A stretch of DNA of 64,000 nucleotides from Candidatus Eiseniibacteriota bacterium. Lineage in GTDB: Bacteria; Eisenbacteria; RBG-16-71-46. The notes beneath the pieces were generated by a model. That model was not told the origin of the DNA. It saw only the letters and a program-made list of their open reading frames with translations, and did not search any database. The translations under genes and the position numbers were made by a program. The DNA lies in NCBI GenBank assembly GCA_031370785.1, contig JANMQY010000114.1:1-64000 (forward strand), given 5' to 3'. Positions 9,230 to 19,224 of this stretch are shown in pieces; position 1 is the stretch's first letter; each line of letters begins with the position of its first letter.

Positions 9230-11577
9230 GGCACGTCCTCGTTCCAGATCCGGCGCAGGGTTTCCCCGGCCGCGCTGCGCAGGGACGCGATGCTCCATTC
9301 CAGTGTGACGCCGCCCGGGAGCAACATGCGCAGCTCCGGCCGCGCGCTTACCGTGCCGATCGGCCACACCAGCAGCTGCCGGTCACGCGCGGCCTGGAAC
9401 AGGCGCGCGGCGCGCTCGGGACTCACCTCGAGCACCACCGCGGCGCGTTCGCTGAACAGCGCGCACGTCACTTCGGCCTCGAGCGCGCCGAGATCTACGT
9501 CGAGGCCCAGCTGCGCCTCGGGAGGCGCGGCCATGGCCAGCTCGGCGAGCGCCACTGCCAGGCCCCCGTCCGAGACGTCGTGCGCGGCCGAGACCCAGCG
9601 GCCCTCGGCCGCCGCCACCACCAGCGCCTGCAGGCGCGCTTCGCTCGCGAGGTCGAGCGGCGGCGGCGCGCACGCATCCTCGCCCAGCACCTCGCGCACG
9701 AATGCGGACCCGGTCAGCGTGTCGCGCGGCTCGCCGACCAGCACCAGGAAGTCGCCGCTCGAACACAGCGCGGCCGGCAGCGCGTTCGCCACCGAGCCGA
9801 GCACGCCGGCACACATCACGATCGGCGAGGGCGGGATTGCGTTCGCGCCGACCTGGTTGTAGAGGCTGACGTTTCCGCTCACGTACGGAAGCGGATGCCC
9901 GGGCGCAGCGAGCCCGCCCAGCGCTTCGGCCGCGACCGCCAGCCCTTCGAGGGTCGCTTCCAGATCGCCCATCACCGCCGGATCCTCGGGATGCCCGAAG
10001 TTGAGGCAGTCGGTGAGCGCCCAGGGCCTCGCCCCGGCGCATGCCACGTTGCGCGCCGCCTCCGCCACCGCGTGACGGGCGCCGAGCTCGGGATCGGCCT
10101 GACACCAGAACGGATTCCCACCCACGCCGAAGGCGAGACCGAGCGAGCGCCGGCGATCGGCGCGGATCACGGCGGCATCGGACTCCCCGGGGCGGAGCCA
10201 GGCGCGTCCCTGCACCTCGGGGTCGTAGTGGCGGAACAGATACTCGCGCGAGCACAGGTTCGGGCTTCGCAGCAGGCGCAGCAGCGCTTCGTGCGGCTCG
10301 CGCGATTTCCGGCTGCGCTTCCACGGAGCGCCGGGCGGACGGCGGCGCGAGGGCCGCTGCACCCGACGCCCTGCGGTGATCGCCTCGACCGGGCAGTCGA
10401 TCACGGTTTCCCCACGCCACGTCACCCGGTAGCGCCTCTCCTCGAGCGCGCGGCCGATCACGCGCGCGCCCGCTCCCGGGGCGACCTGCGCGAGCGCGAA
10501 CTCGCGGTTGTACAGGTCGCACATCTCATCCGCAAATCCCTCGGGGACCACCCAGCAGAAACGCTCCTGCGTCTCCGCGCACAGCAGCACCTCGGGCGGC
10601 AGCTCACGCGGGACGCGGTGCAGCGCATCGAGCACGATTTCGGCGCCCTTGCCTCCGGCCGCGGCCAGCTCGCTGGTCGCGCAGGCCACTCCGCCCGCAC
10701 CCAGGTCCTTGAAGCCCGCCTGGACCCCGCGCTCGCGGATACGGCGAAACGCTTCGGCGTTGGCGACATGCAGCACGCGCTTGAGAAACGGGTCGGGCAG
10801 CTGGACCGCGCCACGCTGGTCGCCGCCTCCGAGCTCGCCGGACGCGAACGCCGCGCCGCCAAATCCACTCTCGTCGGTGGGCTTGCCGATCAAGACGAAG
10901 CTCCACGGTCCGGGACCCTCCGGCACGCGGCTGCGAAGCACGCCGTCGCGCGGCGCGAGGCCAACCGCCATCACGTTCACCAGGCAGTTGGAGTCGAATC
11001 CGCCTGCGAACACCGCATCTCCGCCGAGATTGGGAACACCGAGCGCGTTTCCATAGTCGGCGATTCCCTGCACCACTCCGCGTACCACGTCGCGCACGTG
11101 AACCTCGCCGGTCGGATCGCCGAATCGCAGCGAATCGAGCACGCCGACCACCTCGGCGCCCATGCAGCCCACGTCGCGCACGATGCCGCCGACGCCGGTG
11201 GCCGCGCCCTCGACCGGCAGGATCTGGCTCGGATGGTTGTGGCTCTCGTGCGCCAGCACCAGCACGAGGTCCTCGCACGGCGCGGGCAGCGCGACCACGC
11301 CGCTGTCCTCTCCCGGGCCAATCAACACCTGCGGCGCCTCGGTCGGCAGGCGGCGCAGCAGGTGGCGGGTCGACTTGTACGAGCAGTGCTCGCTCCACAG
11401 GATTCCGAACAGCACCGCTTCCGGCCACAGCGGAGGTCTTCCGATCAGCTCGATCAGGAGCGTCACCTCCTCGGGCTCGAGCACGACGCCGCGCGCGCGA
11501 AGGCGCGCCGAGACCGCGGCCGGGTCCTGCGCCTCCAGGGCGGTGTAGGCGGGCGACGCGCGCAGGGTCGCGCTCAT
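9226..11577 (-). CDS. purL: FGAM synthase subunit PurL (small type)
   Basis: WSEHCSYKST, ESHNHPS, GAATGVGGIVRD, DCLNFGHPE, SGNVSLYNQ, HDVSDGGL; ATGA overlap with purB. Confidence 0.97.
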   Translation of the reverse strand: MSATLRASPAYTALEAQDPAAVSARLRARGVVLEPEEVTLLIELIGRPPLWPEAVLFGILWSEHCSYKSTRHLLRRLPTEAPQVLIGPGEDSGVVALPAPCEDLVLVLAHESHNHPSQILPVEGAATGVGGIVRDVGCMGAEVVGVLDSLRFGDPTGEVHVRDVVRGVVQGIADYGNALGVPNLGGDAVFAGGFDSNCLVNVMAVGLAPRDGVLRSRVPEGPGPWSFVLIGKPTDESGFGGAAFASGELGGGDQRGAVQLPDPFLKRVLHVANAEAFRRIRERGVQAGFKDLGAGGVACATSELAAAGGKGAEIVLDALHRVPRELPPEVLLCAETQERFCWVVPEGFADEMCDLYNREFALAQVAPGAGARVIGRALEERRYRVTWRGETVIDCPVEAITAGRRVQRPSRRRPPGAPWKRSRKSREPHEALLRLLRSPNLCSREYLFRHYDPEVQGRAWLRPGESDAAVIRADRRRSLGLAFGVGGNPFWCQADPELGARHAVAEAARNVACAGARPWALTDCLNFGHPEDPAVMGDLEATLEGLAVAAEALGGLAAPGHPLPYVSGNVSLYNQVGANAIPPSPIVMCAGVLGSVANALPAALCSSGDFLVLVGEPRDTLTGSAFVREVLGEDACAPPPLDLASEARLQALVVAAAEGRWVSAAHDVSDGGLAVALAELAMAAPPEAQLGLDVDLGALEAEVTCALFSERAAVVLEVSPERAARLFQAARDRQLLVWPIGTVSARPELRMLLPGGVTLEWSIASLRSAAGETLRRIWNEDVP

Positions 11578-12875
11578 GCCGGGGGCGCGGTGGCGCGCGC
11601 GAACAGGTCGTCCACGCTTCTCAGGTAGAAATCGAGTTCGAAGCAGCCGGCAAGCTGAGCCTTCGGGAGCCGGTCGGTCACGCGCGGGTCGGCTTCGAGG
11701 CCGGCACGGAACGCGGCGCGACCTTCGAGCGCCGCGAGCGCGTGCTCCTGCACCATGCGATACGCCTCGTCGCGCGCGAGCCCCGCCGCAGTCAACGCGA
11801 GCAGCACGCGCTGCGAGAACACCAGTCCTCCTCCGGCGTCGAGATTCCGGCGCATCTGCCCCGCATCCACGCGCAGGTGCTCTACGATGTCCGCGAGCTC
11901 GACCGACATGAAGTCCACGGCCAGAAACGCATCGGGCAGGATGACGCGCTCGACCGAGGAGTGGGTGATGTCGCGCTCGTGCCACAGCGGCTGGTTCTCG
12001 AGCGCCGCTCCGGCGTAGCCGCGCAGCAGCCTCGCCAGCCCCGAGACGCGCTCGCAGCGCACCGGATTGCGCTTGTGCGGCATCGCGGATGAGCCCTTCT
12101 GACCCTCGCGAAACGGCTCGGCCGCCTCGCGCACTTCGCTGCGCTGCAGGTGGCGGATCTCGACCGCGATCCGGTCCAGCGTTCCTCCGAGCACCGCGAT
12201 CGCGCCGAGCAGCGCGGCGTGGCGGTCACGGCACACCACCTGGGTTGCGATCGGTTCGGGCTCGAGCTCGAGGCGCGCCAGCGCGCCGGATTCGAGCCTC
12301 GCGTCGAGATGCGCGAGCGTGCCGACCGCGCCGGACAGCTTACCGACCGCGCACTGCTTCGCCTGCGCCTCGATCCGCGCCCTGCCCCGCGCCAGCTCCT
12401 CGCTCCAGCTCAGGCACTTGAGCCCGAACGTGATCGGCTCGGCGTGAATCCCGTGTGTCCTGCCCACCATCGGCGTCCGCTTGTGGGTGTGCGCCAGATC
12501 CCACGCCGCGCGCTGCAGGCGCGTCACCGCTTCGATCAGGATGCGCACCGCCTCCCCGATCTGGAGCGCCAGCGCGCTGTCGACCAGGTCCGAAGAGGTC
12601 ATCCCGACGTGCACGTGGCGCGCGTCGTCGCCGACCGATTCGGCGAGCATCGAGAGAAATGCGATGACGTCGTGCTGCACTTCCGCCTCGATCGCGAGCA
12701 TGCGCGGCAGATCGAGCCGTGCGGCCGATCGAATGCGCGCTGCGGTTCCCGCGGGCACCTCGCCGCGCGCCTCACGCTCGGCGGTGACCGAGAGCTCGAC
12801 CTCGAGCCACAGCCCGAGGCGATGCGCATCGCTCCATACGAGGCGCATCGGCTCCCGGCTGTAGCGTTCGATCAC
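11574..12875 (-). CDS. purB: Adenylosuccinate lyase
   Basis: MIERYS start, GRTHGIHAEP, GSSAMPHKRNP signature, WHERDITHSSVER. Confidence 0.98.
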   Translation of the reverse strand: MIERYSREPMRLVWSDAHRLGLWLEVELSVTAEREARGEVPAGTAARIRSAARLDLPRMLAIEAEVQHDVIAFLSMLAESVGDDARHVHVGMTSSDLVDSALALQIGEAVRILIEAVTRLQRAAWDLAHTHKRTPMVGRTHGIHAEPITFGLKCLSWSEELARGRARIEAQAKQCAVGKLSGAVGTLAHLDARLESGALARLELEPEPIATQVVCRDRHAALLGAIAVLGGTLDRIAVEIRHLQRSEVREAAEPFREGQKGSSAMPHKRNPVRCERVSGLARLLRGYAGAALENQPLWHERDITHSSVERVILPDAFLAVDFMSVELADIVEHLRVDAGQMRRNLDAGGGLVFSQRVLLALTAAGLARDEAYRMVQEHALAALEGRAAFRAGLEADPRVTDRLPKAQLAGCFELDFYLRSVDDLFARATAPPA

Positions 12876-14026
12876 GGCGCGCTCCTCGGCGCTTCGACCA
12901 GGACCAGCTCGATCTTTCTCGGCTTTCCCTCGCGCTCGATGTCGAGGGTCAGCTTGTCCCCGACCGATGCGCCGTAGATTCCGCGCTGCGCGTCATCGAC
13001 ACTCTGCACCGCCACCCCGTTCACGGCGCGCACGCGGTCGCCGACGTGCACGCCGGCGCGGTCTGCGGGTCCACCCGCCTCGATCCGCGTGATCACCAGC
13101 CCTCCCGCCTCCGAGAATCCGAGGCGTTGCGCGAGCGCCGCCGTCACGGGCTGCACCTGCATGCCCGGCCATGCCGCGCGCACGCGACCGTACGTCCGGA
13201 TCTCTCCGAGCACCCGCCGCACCAGGTTGATCGGAATCGCGAAGCCGATCCCGAGCGAGCCACCGCCCTGGGTAAAGATGAACGTGTTGATCCCGATCAC
13301 CTCACCCTCGACGTTGACCAGAGGCCCGCCGCTGTTGCCCGGATTGATCGCCGCATCGGTCTGGATCATGTTCTTGTAGACGCCGGTCTCGGTGACTCCG
13401 GACTTGATGTCGCGCCGGGTCGCGCTCACCACGCCCGCGGTGACCGAGGGCTGCGCATCGCTGATCAGGAAGCCGAAGGGATTCCCGATCGCGATCGCCC
13501 ACTCCCCGACCAGCAGCCCGTCGCTGTCTCCGAGCGGTGCGACCGGCAACTTGTCGGCGGCGATGCGCAGCACCGCGAGGTCGTAGGTGGCCGAGCTGCC
13601 CAGCAGCTCGGCGCGGAACTGGCGGCCGTCTGCGAGTGCGACCGTGATGCTGTCCGCGTTGTGCACCACGTGCTCGTTGGTGACGACCAGCCCCGCGGCA
13701 TCCACGATCACACCCGAGCCGAGCCCGGGAATGCGCTGGCGGTACTGGGTCGGCGGAAAGAACCGGTCGAAGAATTCATCGTGGAACACGCTCGGGAACG
13801 GATCCGCGCGTACCATCCGGGTGGTGATCACGTTCACCGACACCACCGCGGGGCTCGCGCGCTGTGCCGCATTCACGATCGCAGTGCGGCGCGAGATCCC
13901 GGGATCCTGAGCAGCATCCGCCCGGGCGCCCGGGCTCGACTCGGCGCCGCACCCGCTGCCGGCTCCAAGGAACGCTGCCCCCAGCCACCCCGCCATCAAC
14001 CACGCACCCAACCTTCTCCGGATCAT
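12872..14026 (-). CDS. HtrA/DegP-family serine protease with one PDZ domain, probable lipoprotein
   Basis: GLGSGVI, TNEHVV, DLAVL, IQTDAAINPGNSGGPL; N-terminal signal with GAGSGC lipobox-like motif; start at 14026 or 14029. Confidence 0.92.
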   Translation of the reverse strand: MIRRRLGAWLMAGWLGAAFLGAGSGCGAESSPGARADAAQDPGISRRTAIVNAAQRASPAVVSVNVITTRMVRADPFPSVFHDEFFDRFFPPTQYRQRIPGLGSGVIVDAAGLVVTNEHVVHNADSITVALADGRQFRAELLGSSATYDLAVLRIAADKLPVAPLGDSDGLLVGEWAIAIGNPFGFLISDAQPSVTAGVVSATRRDIKSGVTETGVYKNMIQTDAAINPGNSGGPLVNVEGEVIGINTFIFTQGGGSLGIGFAIPINLVRRVLGEIRTYGRVRAAWPGMQVQPVTAALAQRLGFSEAGGLVITRIEAGGPADRAGVHVGDRVRAVNGVAVQSVDDAQRGIYGASVGDKLTLDIEREGKPRKIELVLVEAPRSAP

Positions 14027-14775
14027 CACGCCGCTCCTCCCGTCGGATAGTAGACCTCTTCGAGGCACAGTCCGCACGCAGGTGCGGTCCGCCCCGCCTG
14101 ACGGCGGTCGCGCGAATCGAGCACGCGCCGCATCGCCGCCGCGGGGTCCTCGGTCGCCGCAGCCACAAGCGCCGTTCCCACCACGTTGCGCACCATGTGA
14201 TAGAGAAAATGATCGGCCACGATGTCGAGACGCCATCCCGCCTCCCAGCGCGTCCACGACGCGCGCGCGATCCGGCACACCGGGCGCGACTCGGCTCCGC
14301 CCGAGGCGCGAAAGGCCGAGCAGTCGTGAGAGCCTTCGAGCGGACGGGTCGCCCGCGCGAGGCGCTCCGGGTCCGGCGTCCGCGGCGGGCGCCATGCGAA
14401 GCGCTCGAGCAGCACGTCGTCGCGCTCGATCAGCTGATACGCGTAGCGCCGCGCGAGCGCTTCGAATCGAGCGTTGAATTCCGGCGCAACCTCGACCGCC
14501 TCGCGCACCCGCACGTCGGCCGGCAGCCTGCGATTCAGCGTCGGCGGCAATGCATGGGCGGGCAGGTGCGTCTCGGCCGCGAACGAGACCACCTGGCCGC
14601 GCGCATGGACCCCGGCGTCGGTGCGCCCGGCCCCGGTGAGCTTCGAGAGCCCCCCGCCTGCGATCTCGCTCAATGCCTGTTCGAGCACACCCTGCACCGT
14701 GCGCAGCCCGGGCTGGCTCTGCCACCCGTGAAACGACGTTCCGTCATATGCCACCGTCAGGCGGAAGGCGCGCAC
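14026..14775 (-). CDS. truA: tRNA pseudouridine(38-40) synthase
   Basis: YDGTSFHGWQ, AGRTDAGVHARGQV, FLYHMVRNVVG, TAPACGLCL. Confidence 0.97.
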   Translation of the reverse strand: MRAFRLTVAYDGTSFHGWQSQPGLRTVQGVLEQALSEIAGGGLSKLTGAGRTDAGVHARGQVVSFAAETHLPAHALPPTLNRRLPADVRVREAVEVAPEFNARFEALARRYAYQLIERDDVLLERFAWRPPRTPDPERLARATRPLEGSHDCSAFRASGGAESRPVCRIARASWTRWEAGWRLDIVADHFLYHMVRNVVGTALVAAATEDPAAAMRRVLDSRDRRQAGRTAPACGLCLEEVYYPTGGAA

Positions 14776-15540
14776 TCAACCTCGCACCAGCAGTGCCGCC
14801 AGCACCAGCGCCGCCCCGATCGCGATCGAAGCCAGCGGCCACGGCGGGAGCGCCGGATGGCGCACCCGGAAGTGCCGCGCTTCGAGCGCCAGCGCAACCT
14901 GCTCCGAGCGTTCGAGCGCGCTCACCAGCGTCGGAACGATGGCCGCGCGGCGTCGAGCGAGCCGCTCGGTAAGGCCGCGTGGCGGCCGACCCGCGCGCAG
15001 TGTCTGCAGCGCGCTGATACGCCGCGCTTCCGCGCCCACCAGCGGCGCGAAGCGGAGCGCCAGCGCCAGAACCGCACGCGCCTCTCCGACCGGGATGCGA
15101 ACGCGCTCGAGCGGACGCAGCAACCGGGCGAGCTCGTCGGCCGCACGCTCGCCTGGCCATGCGGCGCCGAGCCCGTGGACCGCGAGCGTCGCCCCGATGA
15201 CGCGCAGTGCGAGCAGCGCACCGGCGAGTATCCCGGCGACGCTCGCGCCTCGTCCCAGGACCCGCGTCCAGTCCGGCCCTGGTCCCGGGATCAGGTACGC
15301 GTTGAGAACGATCGAGAGCAGGGCGCCGAGCGCGAGCAGGCGCAGCCACGCCGCGCGTGGCCGCGGCGCGCCTGCCAGAGTCGCGCCGATTCCGGCCGCG
15401 GCAACGCAGGCCAGTGCCGCGACGAACCCGCGGGCGACCAGCGCTCCGACCATGGCGCCGAGCAGCATGGGCCCAAGGGCCGCGCGGTCGCCCGGCACAT
15501 CCGCCGGCCTGGCGCCCATGTGATCCACCGCGGCGCTCAT
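14776..15540 (-). CDS. ecfT: Energy-coupling factor transporter transmembrane component (EcfT/CbiQ-like)
   Basis: Hydrophobic N-half; LALRFAP..EARRI..LQ.LR and IVPTLVSALERSEQVALALEARHF coupling helices; ATGA overlap with asd. Confidence 0.8.
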   Translation of the reverse strand: MSAAVDHMGARPADVPGDRAALGPMLLGAMVGALVARGFVAALACVAAAGIGATLAGAPRPRAAWLRLLALGALLSIVLNAYLIPGPGPDWTRVLGRGASVAGILAGALLALRVIGATLAVHGLGAAWPGERAADELARLLRPLERVRIPVGEARAVLALALRFAPLVGAEARRISALQTLRAGRPPRGLTERLARRRAAIVPTLVSALERSEQVALALEARHFRVRHPALPPWPLASIAIGAALVLAALLVRG

Positions 15541-16553
15541 CGGGCGCCTGCTTCCACGCGGGCCAGCGCCTCGGCGATCTGGACCGCATTCAATGCCGCA
15601 CCCTTGCGCAGGTTGTCCGAGGCGACGAAGAACTCCAGCGCGTGGCTGCGCGAAGGATCGCGCCGCGCGCGCCCGATCAGCACCTCGTCGCGTCCCGCCG
15701 ACTCGAGCGCGGTCGGGTAGCGGCCCTCGGCGGGATCGTCCACCACCCGCACGCCCGGAGATCGCGCCCACAGCGCGCGCGCCTGATCCGGCGTGAGATC
15801 GCGGTCCAGCTCCAGGTTCACCGCCGCGCAATGGCCGATCCGCACCGGCACCCGCACCGCGGTCGCGGTGATCGCGAGCCGCGGCAGGTCGAGAATCTTG
15901 CGGGTCTCCCACACGATCTTCATCTCCTCGCGGGTGTAACCGTTCTCTTCGAACCTGTCGATGTGCGGCACGACGTTGAATGCGAACGCCGGAAGCCCGC
16001 CGGCGCGCGGCGGCGGATCGCCTTCGAGCCCGTTGCGCACGCCACGCTCCAACTCTTCCAGCGCTTCAGCGCCGGCGCCCGAGACCGACTGGTAGGTCGA
16101 GATCACCACGCGCTCGAATCGCGCCGCGGCGAGCAGCGGCGCCAGCGCCATCACGATGCCGATGGTGGAACAGTTCGGATTCGCGATCAGCGCGGGGCGC
16201 GACTCGAGCAGCGCGCCATTGACCTCGGGCACGATCAGCGGGATGCCCTCGTGATAACGGAAGGCGCTGCTATTGTCGATGACCCGCGTCCCCACGGCGC
16301 GCGCCGCGGGAGCCCATTGCTCGGCGAGCGGGTTGGCGACCGCGAACAGGGCGAGATCGACGCCCTCGAAGGATCTCTCGGACACCGCGTCCACAGGCAG
16401 GTTCACGCCGCGGAAGGTCTCGCGCCGCCCCTCCGAGCGCTCGCTGGCCAGCAGAACCAGACGCGTGAGCGGGAACTCGCGCTCTTCGAGAAGGGCGCGC
16501 ATCGTGCGGCCGACCAGTCCGGTCGCGCCGAGGATGGCGACGGTACGCGTCAT
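15537..16553 (-). CDS. asd: Aspartate-semialdehyde dehydrogenase
   Basis: GATGLVG, IDNSSAFR, IANPNCSTI, YQSVSGAG, DNLRKGAALNAVQIAE. Confidence 0.97.
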   Translation of the reverse strand: MTRTVAILGATGLVGRTMRALLEEREFPLTRLVLLASERSEGRRETFRGVNLPVDAVSERSFEGVDLALFAVANPLAEQWAPAARAVGTRVIDNSSAFRYHEGIPLIVPEVNGALLESRPALIANPNCSTIGIVMALAPLLAAARFERVVISTYQSVSGAGAEALEELERGVRNGLEGDPPPRAGGLPAFAFNVVPHIDRFEENGYTREEMKIVWETRKILDLPRLAITATAVRVPVRIGHCAAVNLELDRDLTPDQARALWARSPGVRVVDDPAEGRYPTALESAGRDEVLIGRARRDPSRSHALEFFVASDNLRKGAALNAVQIAEALARVEAGAR

Positions 16554-16625
16554 ACGCTGGCCTGGGTGGGTGTCACGGCACCGGTTCTCCGCAGGAACTG
16601 AAGGAATTGGAGTCTGGAAACGCGC

Positions 16626-16655
16626 ATGCTACCCGCGTGGCGCGCGCGCCGTCAA
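16626..16655 (-). promoter_or_regulatory. Sigma70-type promoter for asd
   Basis: TTGACG-18 nt-TAGCAT; the TAG of the -10 box is the lnt stop codon. Confidence 0.5.
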
Positions 16656-18116
16656 AGCGGCACGCATGCCGAACAGGGCGAGCACCACGACCGCGACCAG
16701 CGCCAGCGCGCCCGGCCAGTCACCCACCCTCGAATACAGAGTCGGCGGTCCGGCAGCGGGCAATGCGGCGGAGAGCACGGTCTCCCGGAACACCGGCGCT
16801 CGGGCGCGTACCCGGCCGTAGGCGTCGATCATCACCGTCAATCCGGTATTCGCGCAACGCGCCAGCGGAACGTGGTTCTCGACCGCGCGGAACGACGCCA
16901 TCGCCGCGTGCTGGTAGAGCGCCGCGCTGTTCCCGAACCATTCGTCGTTGGTGATGTTGACGAGCCACCTTGCACCCGAGCGCACGTCGCCGCGCGCGAG
17001 ATCCGGGAAAATCGATTCGAAGCAGATGAGGCAGGTGAATGGCCCGGCCGCGCTCGGAAAGTGCACCGCCGAGTCTCCCGGCGTCCACTCCGCTTGCCCG
17101 AGCTGGATGTGAGCCAGCGCCGGCACGAATCGTTCGAACGGCATGCGCTCGCCGAACGGCACCAGGTGGCGCTTCGCATAGACCGGGGCCACCGAGCCGT
17201 CCGCGAGGAACAGGCCCGCGGCGTTGTACTGGTGCACGCGCCCGTCGCTGCGCACGCCGTAGTCCGCGAATCCGCTGAAGATGGGGATGCCGGTGCGCGA
17301 GGTGAACCTGGAGACTGCGATCGCCTGATCGAGCTGCTTGCGCAGATAGCTGCCGGTCGCGGTCTCCGGCCAGACGATCACCGAAGGTCGGGGCTGACTC
17401 TCGGCTGCGCGCTCCGAGAGATCGAGGAACGTCTTCAGGATTTCGCTCTGATGCTGCCCCGACCATTTGATCTCGCCCGGGATGTTTCCCTGCACCAGAG
17501 CGACGACCGGGCCCTCGCCTTTCGGAGCCGCATCGAGCACGCGCTGCCCCCAGACCCAGGGAAACAGCAGCAGGAGCAGTGCGCCGAGCGCGGAGCGCAT
17601 CCGGCTGTTCCCCTTGAGCGCACGCCAGATGAGAACGTTGAGCGCCAGCACCCACAGCGTCACCAGGCTCACGCTGCCGAGGCTCGCCATCTGGATCAGG
17701 CGCGGATAGTCGTGCTGCGTGTATCCCGGCTGGAACCACGGGAACCCCATTTCGCCCGAGGCGCGCAGCTCTTCGATCACGAGGAACGCGAACGGAAACG
17801 CCACCGCCAGCGAAGCGCGGCGCGCCAGCACCCCGGCCAGCAGCGCCGCAAGCCCGCCGTACAGGGCCAGGTACGCCGCCGCCGCGATCCACGCCGGATA
17901 CTTGAGCCACGGCACCGTGATCGCGACCGACGAGAGCAGCGCGATCCAGTGCATGCCGATCAGGTAGAACGCGAAGCCGAAGGCGTATCCGAGCGCGAAC
18001 AGCGAGCGCTTGCCGGCGCCGGCACGCACCCGCGCGTCGAGCGCAATCAGCAACGGAAGGAACGCGAACCAGGCGAGGAAGCCGAGCGGGGCAGGCAGGA
18101 AGGCCAGTCCCAGCAC
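16629..18116 (-). CDS. lnt: Apolipoprotein N-acyltransferase (start uncertain; frame stays open upstream)
   Basis: GFPW, VQGNI, VWPET, KRHLVPFGE, ICFESIF (E-K-C triad), ITNDEWFG, RCANTG. Confidence 0.95.
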   Translation of the reverse strand: MLGLAFLPAPLGFLAWFAFLPLLIALDARVRAGAGKRSLFALGYAFGFAFYLIGMHWIALLSSVAITVPWLKYPAWIAAAAYLALYGGLAALLAGVLARRASLAVAFPFAFLVIEELRASGEMGFPWFQPGYTQHDYPRLIQMASLGSVSLVTLWVLALNVLIWRALKGNSRMRSALGALLLLLFPWVWGQRVLDAAPKGEGPVVALVQGNIPGEIKWSGQHQSEILKTFLDLSERAAESQPRPSVIVWPETATGSYLRKQLDQAIAVSRFTSRTGIPIFSGFADYGVRSDGRVHQYNAAGLFLADGSVAPVYAKRHLVPFGERMPFERFVPALAHIQLGQAEWTPGDSAVHFPSAAGPFTCLICFESIFPDLARGDVRSGARWLVNITNDEWFGNSAALYQHAAMASFRAVENHVPLARCANTGLTVMIDAYGRVRARAPVFRETVLSAALPAAGPPTLYSRVGDWPGALALVAVVVLALFGMRAALTARAPRG

Positions 18117-18153
18117 CGCGCCGCTCAGCAGCGCGAGCCCGGTGCCGCGGCGA

Positions 18154-19167
18154 TCAGGCGAGTCGGACCTCTTTGCCCTGCTCGGCGGAGCGGTAGATCG
18201 CGTCCATCAGCTCCATGACCGGCAGGATCTCCTCGGCGGTGCCGGTCGGCTTGACGCCCTTGCGCAGCACCTCGGCGAAATGGGCGAGCTGGGCGTCGAT
18301 CGAATGCTTGTACTGATGGCGCGAGGTCTCCATGGTCGGCGTGACGTTCACCAGTGTCCCGTGCATGCCCTTGTGAATGCGCACCGGATTGAGCAGGGCG
18401 GCGCCGCCCGATCCGAACAGGTTCACGTACGCGAAGTCCTTCTCCATCAGCAGTCCCCAGGTGAGCTCGAGGGTGAGGGTCGCCCCCGACTCGAGGCGCA
18501 GGAACGCGGTCGCACTGTCCTCGACCTCGCCCTTGCGCTGGCGATGCAGACTCGCGGTCACCGACTCGACCTTGGGGCTACCCATCATCCACAGCGACAG
18601 GTCGAGCATCTGGAAGCCGAGGTCCAGCACCACACCGCCGCCCGACTCGCGCTTCTGCCGCCGCCACTCGTCGGAGTCCCACTCGGTGCGCTGGCGAAGC
18701 CAGCCGGCCTTTGCGAAAAAGATCTCGCCCAGATCCCCCTTCTCGACGAACTTCTTCAGCAGCATCGCGTCGGGACGGAACCGGTGCTGCACCGCGCACA
18801 TCAGCACCCGGTCGGCCTTCTTCGCGGCCTTGACCATCGCCGCCGCCTCGTCGGCGCTGCGCGCCAGCGGACGCTCGCACAGCACGTGCTTGCCGGCCTC
18901 GAGTGCCGCGGTCGCCATCGGAGAGTGCAGGTAGTTCGGGGTGCACAGGTCGACCGCGTCGATCTCTTCGTCGGCCAGCAGATCGTCGAAGCGCTGGTGC
19001 GCCCGCGGGATGCCGAACTTCTGCGCGACGCGCGCCGCCTTTTCGGGATCACGGTCGCACAGCGCCGTGATCTCGACCCCTTCCATCCGCTTGAGCGCGG
19101 GGATGTGATTGATCTGCGCCGCCGCGCCGACTCCCACCAGTCCGATGCGAAGATTTTTTCTCGCCAC
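18154..19167 (-). CDS. Gfo/Idh/MocA family oxidoreductase
   Basis: IGLVGVG, AGKHVLCERP, GGGVVLDLGFQMLD; GGAGG SD before GTG. Confidence 0.9.
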   Translation of the reverse strand: MARKNLRIGLVGVGAAAQINHIPALKRMEGVEITALCDRDPEKAARVAQKFGIPRAHQRFDDLLADEEIDAVDLCTPNYLHSPMATAALEAGKHVLCERPLARSADEAAAMVKAAKKADRVLMCAVQHRFRPDAMLLKKFVEKGDLGEIFFAKAGWLRQRTEWDSDEWRRQKRESGGGVVLDLGFQMLDLSLWMMGSPKVESVTASLHRQRKGEVEDSATAFLRLESGATLTLELTWGLLMEKDFAYVNLFGSGGAALLNPVRIHKGMHGTLVNVTPTMETSRHQYKHSIDAQLAHFAEVLRKGVKPTGTAEEILPVMELMDAIYRSAEQGKEVRLA

Positions 19168-19195
19168 GCGTTACCTCCCTGTCGGTCGGGCCGGC

Positions 19196-19224
19196 AGTCT
19201 AGGGAGCGCCTCTGGAAGCGTCAA
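19196..19224 (-). promoter_or_regulatory. Sigma70-type promoter for oxidoreductase-lnt
   Basis: TTGACG-17 nt-TAGACT; -35 box contains the upstream gene's TGA stop. Confidence 0.65.

Noticed and set aside
18117..18160. Possible frameshift or fusion between the oxidoreductase and lnt
   Set aside because: The lnt frame is open upstream without ATG/GTG/TTG, so the start is uncertain, but both proteins look complete and nothing indicates recoding.
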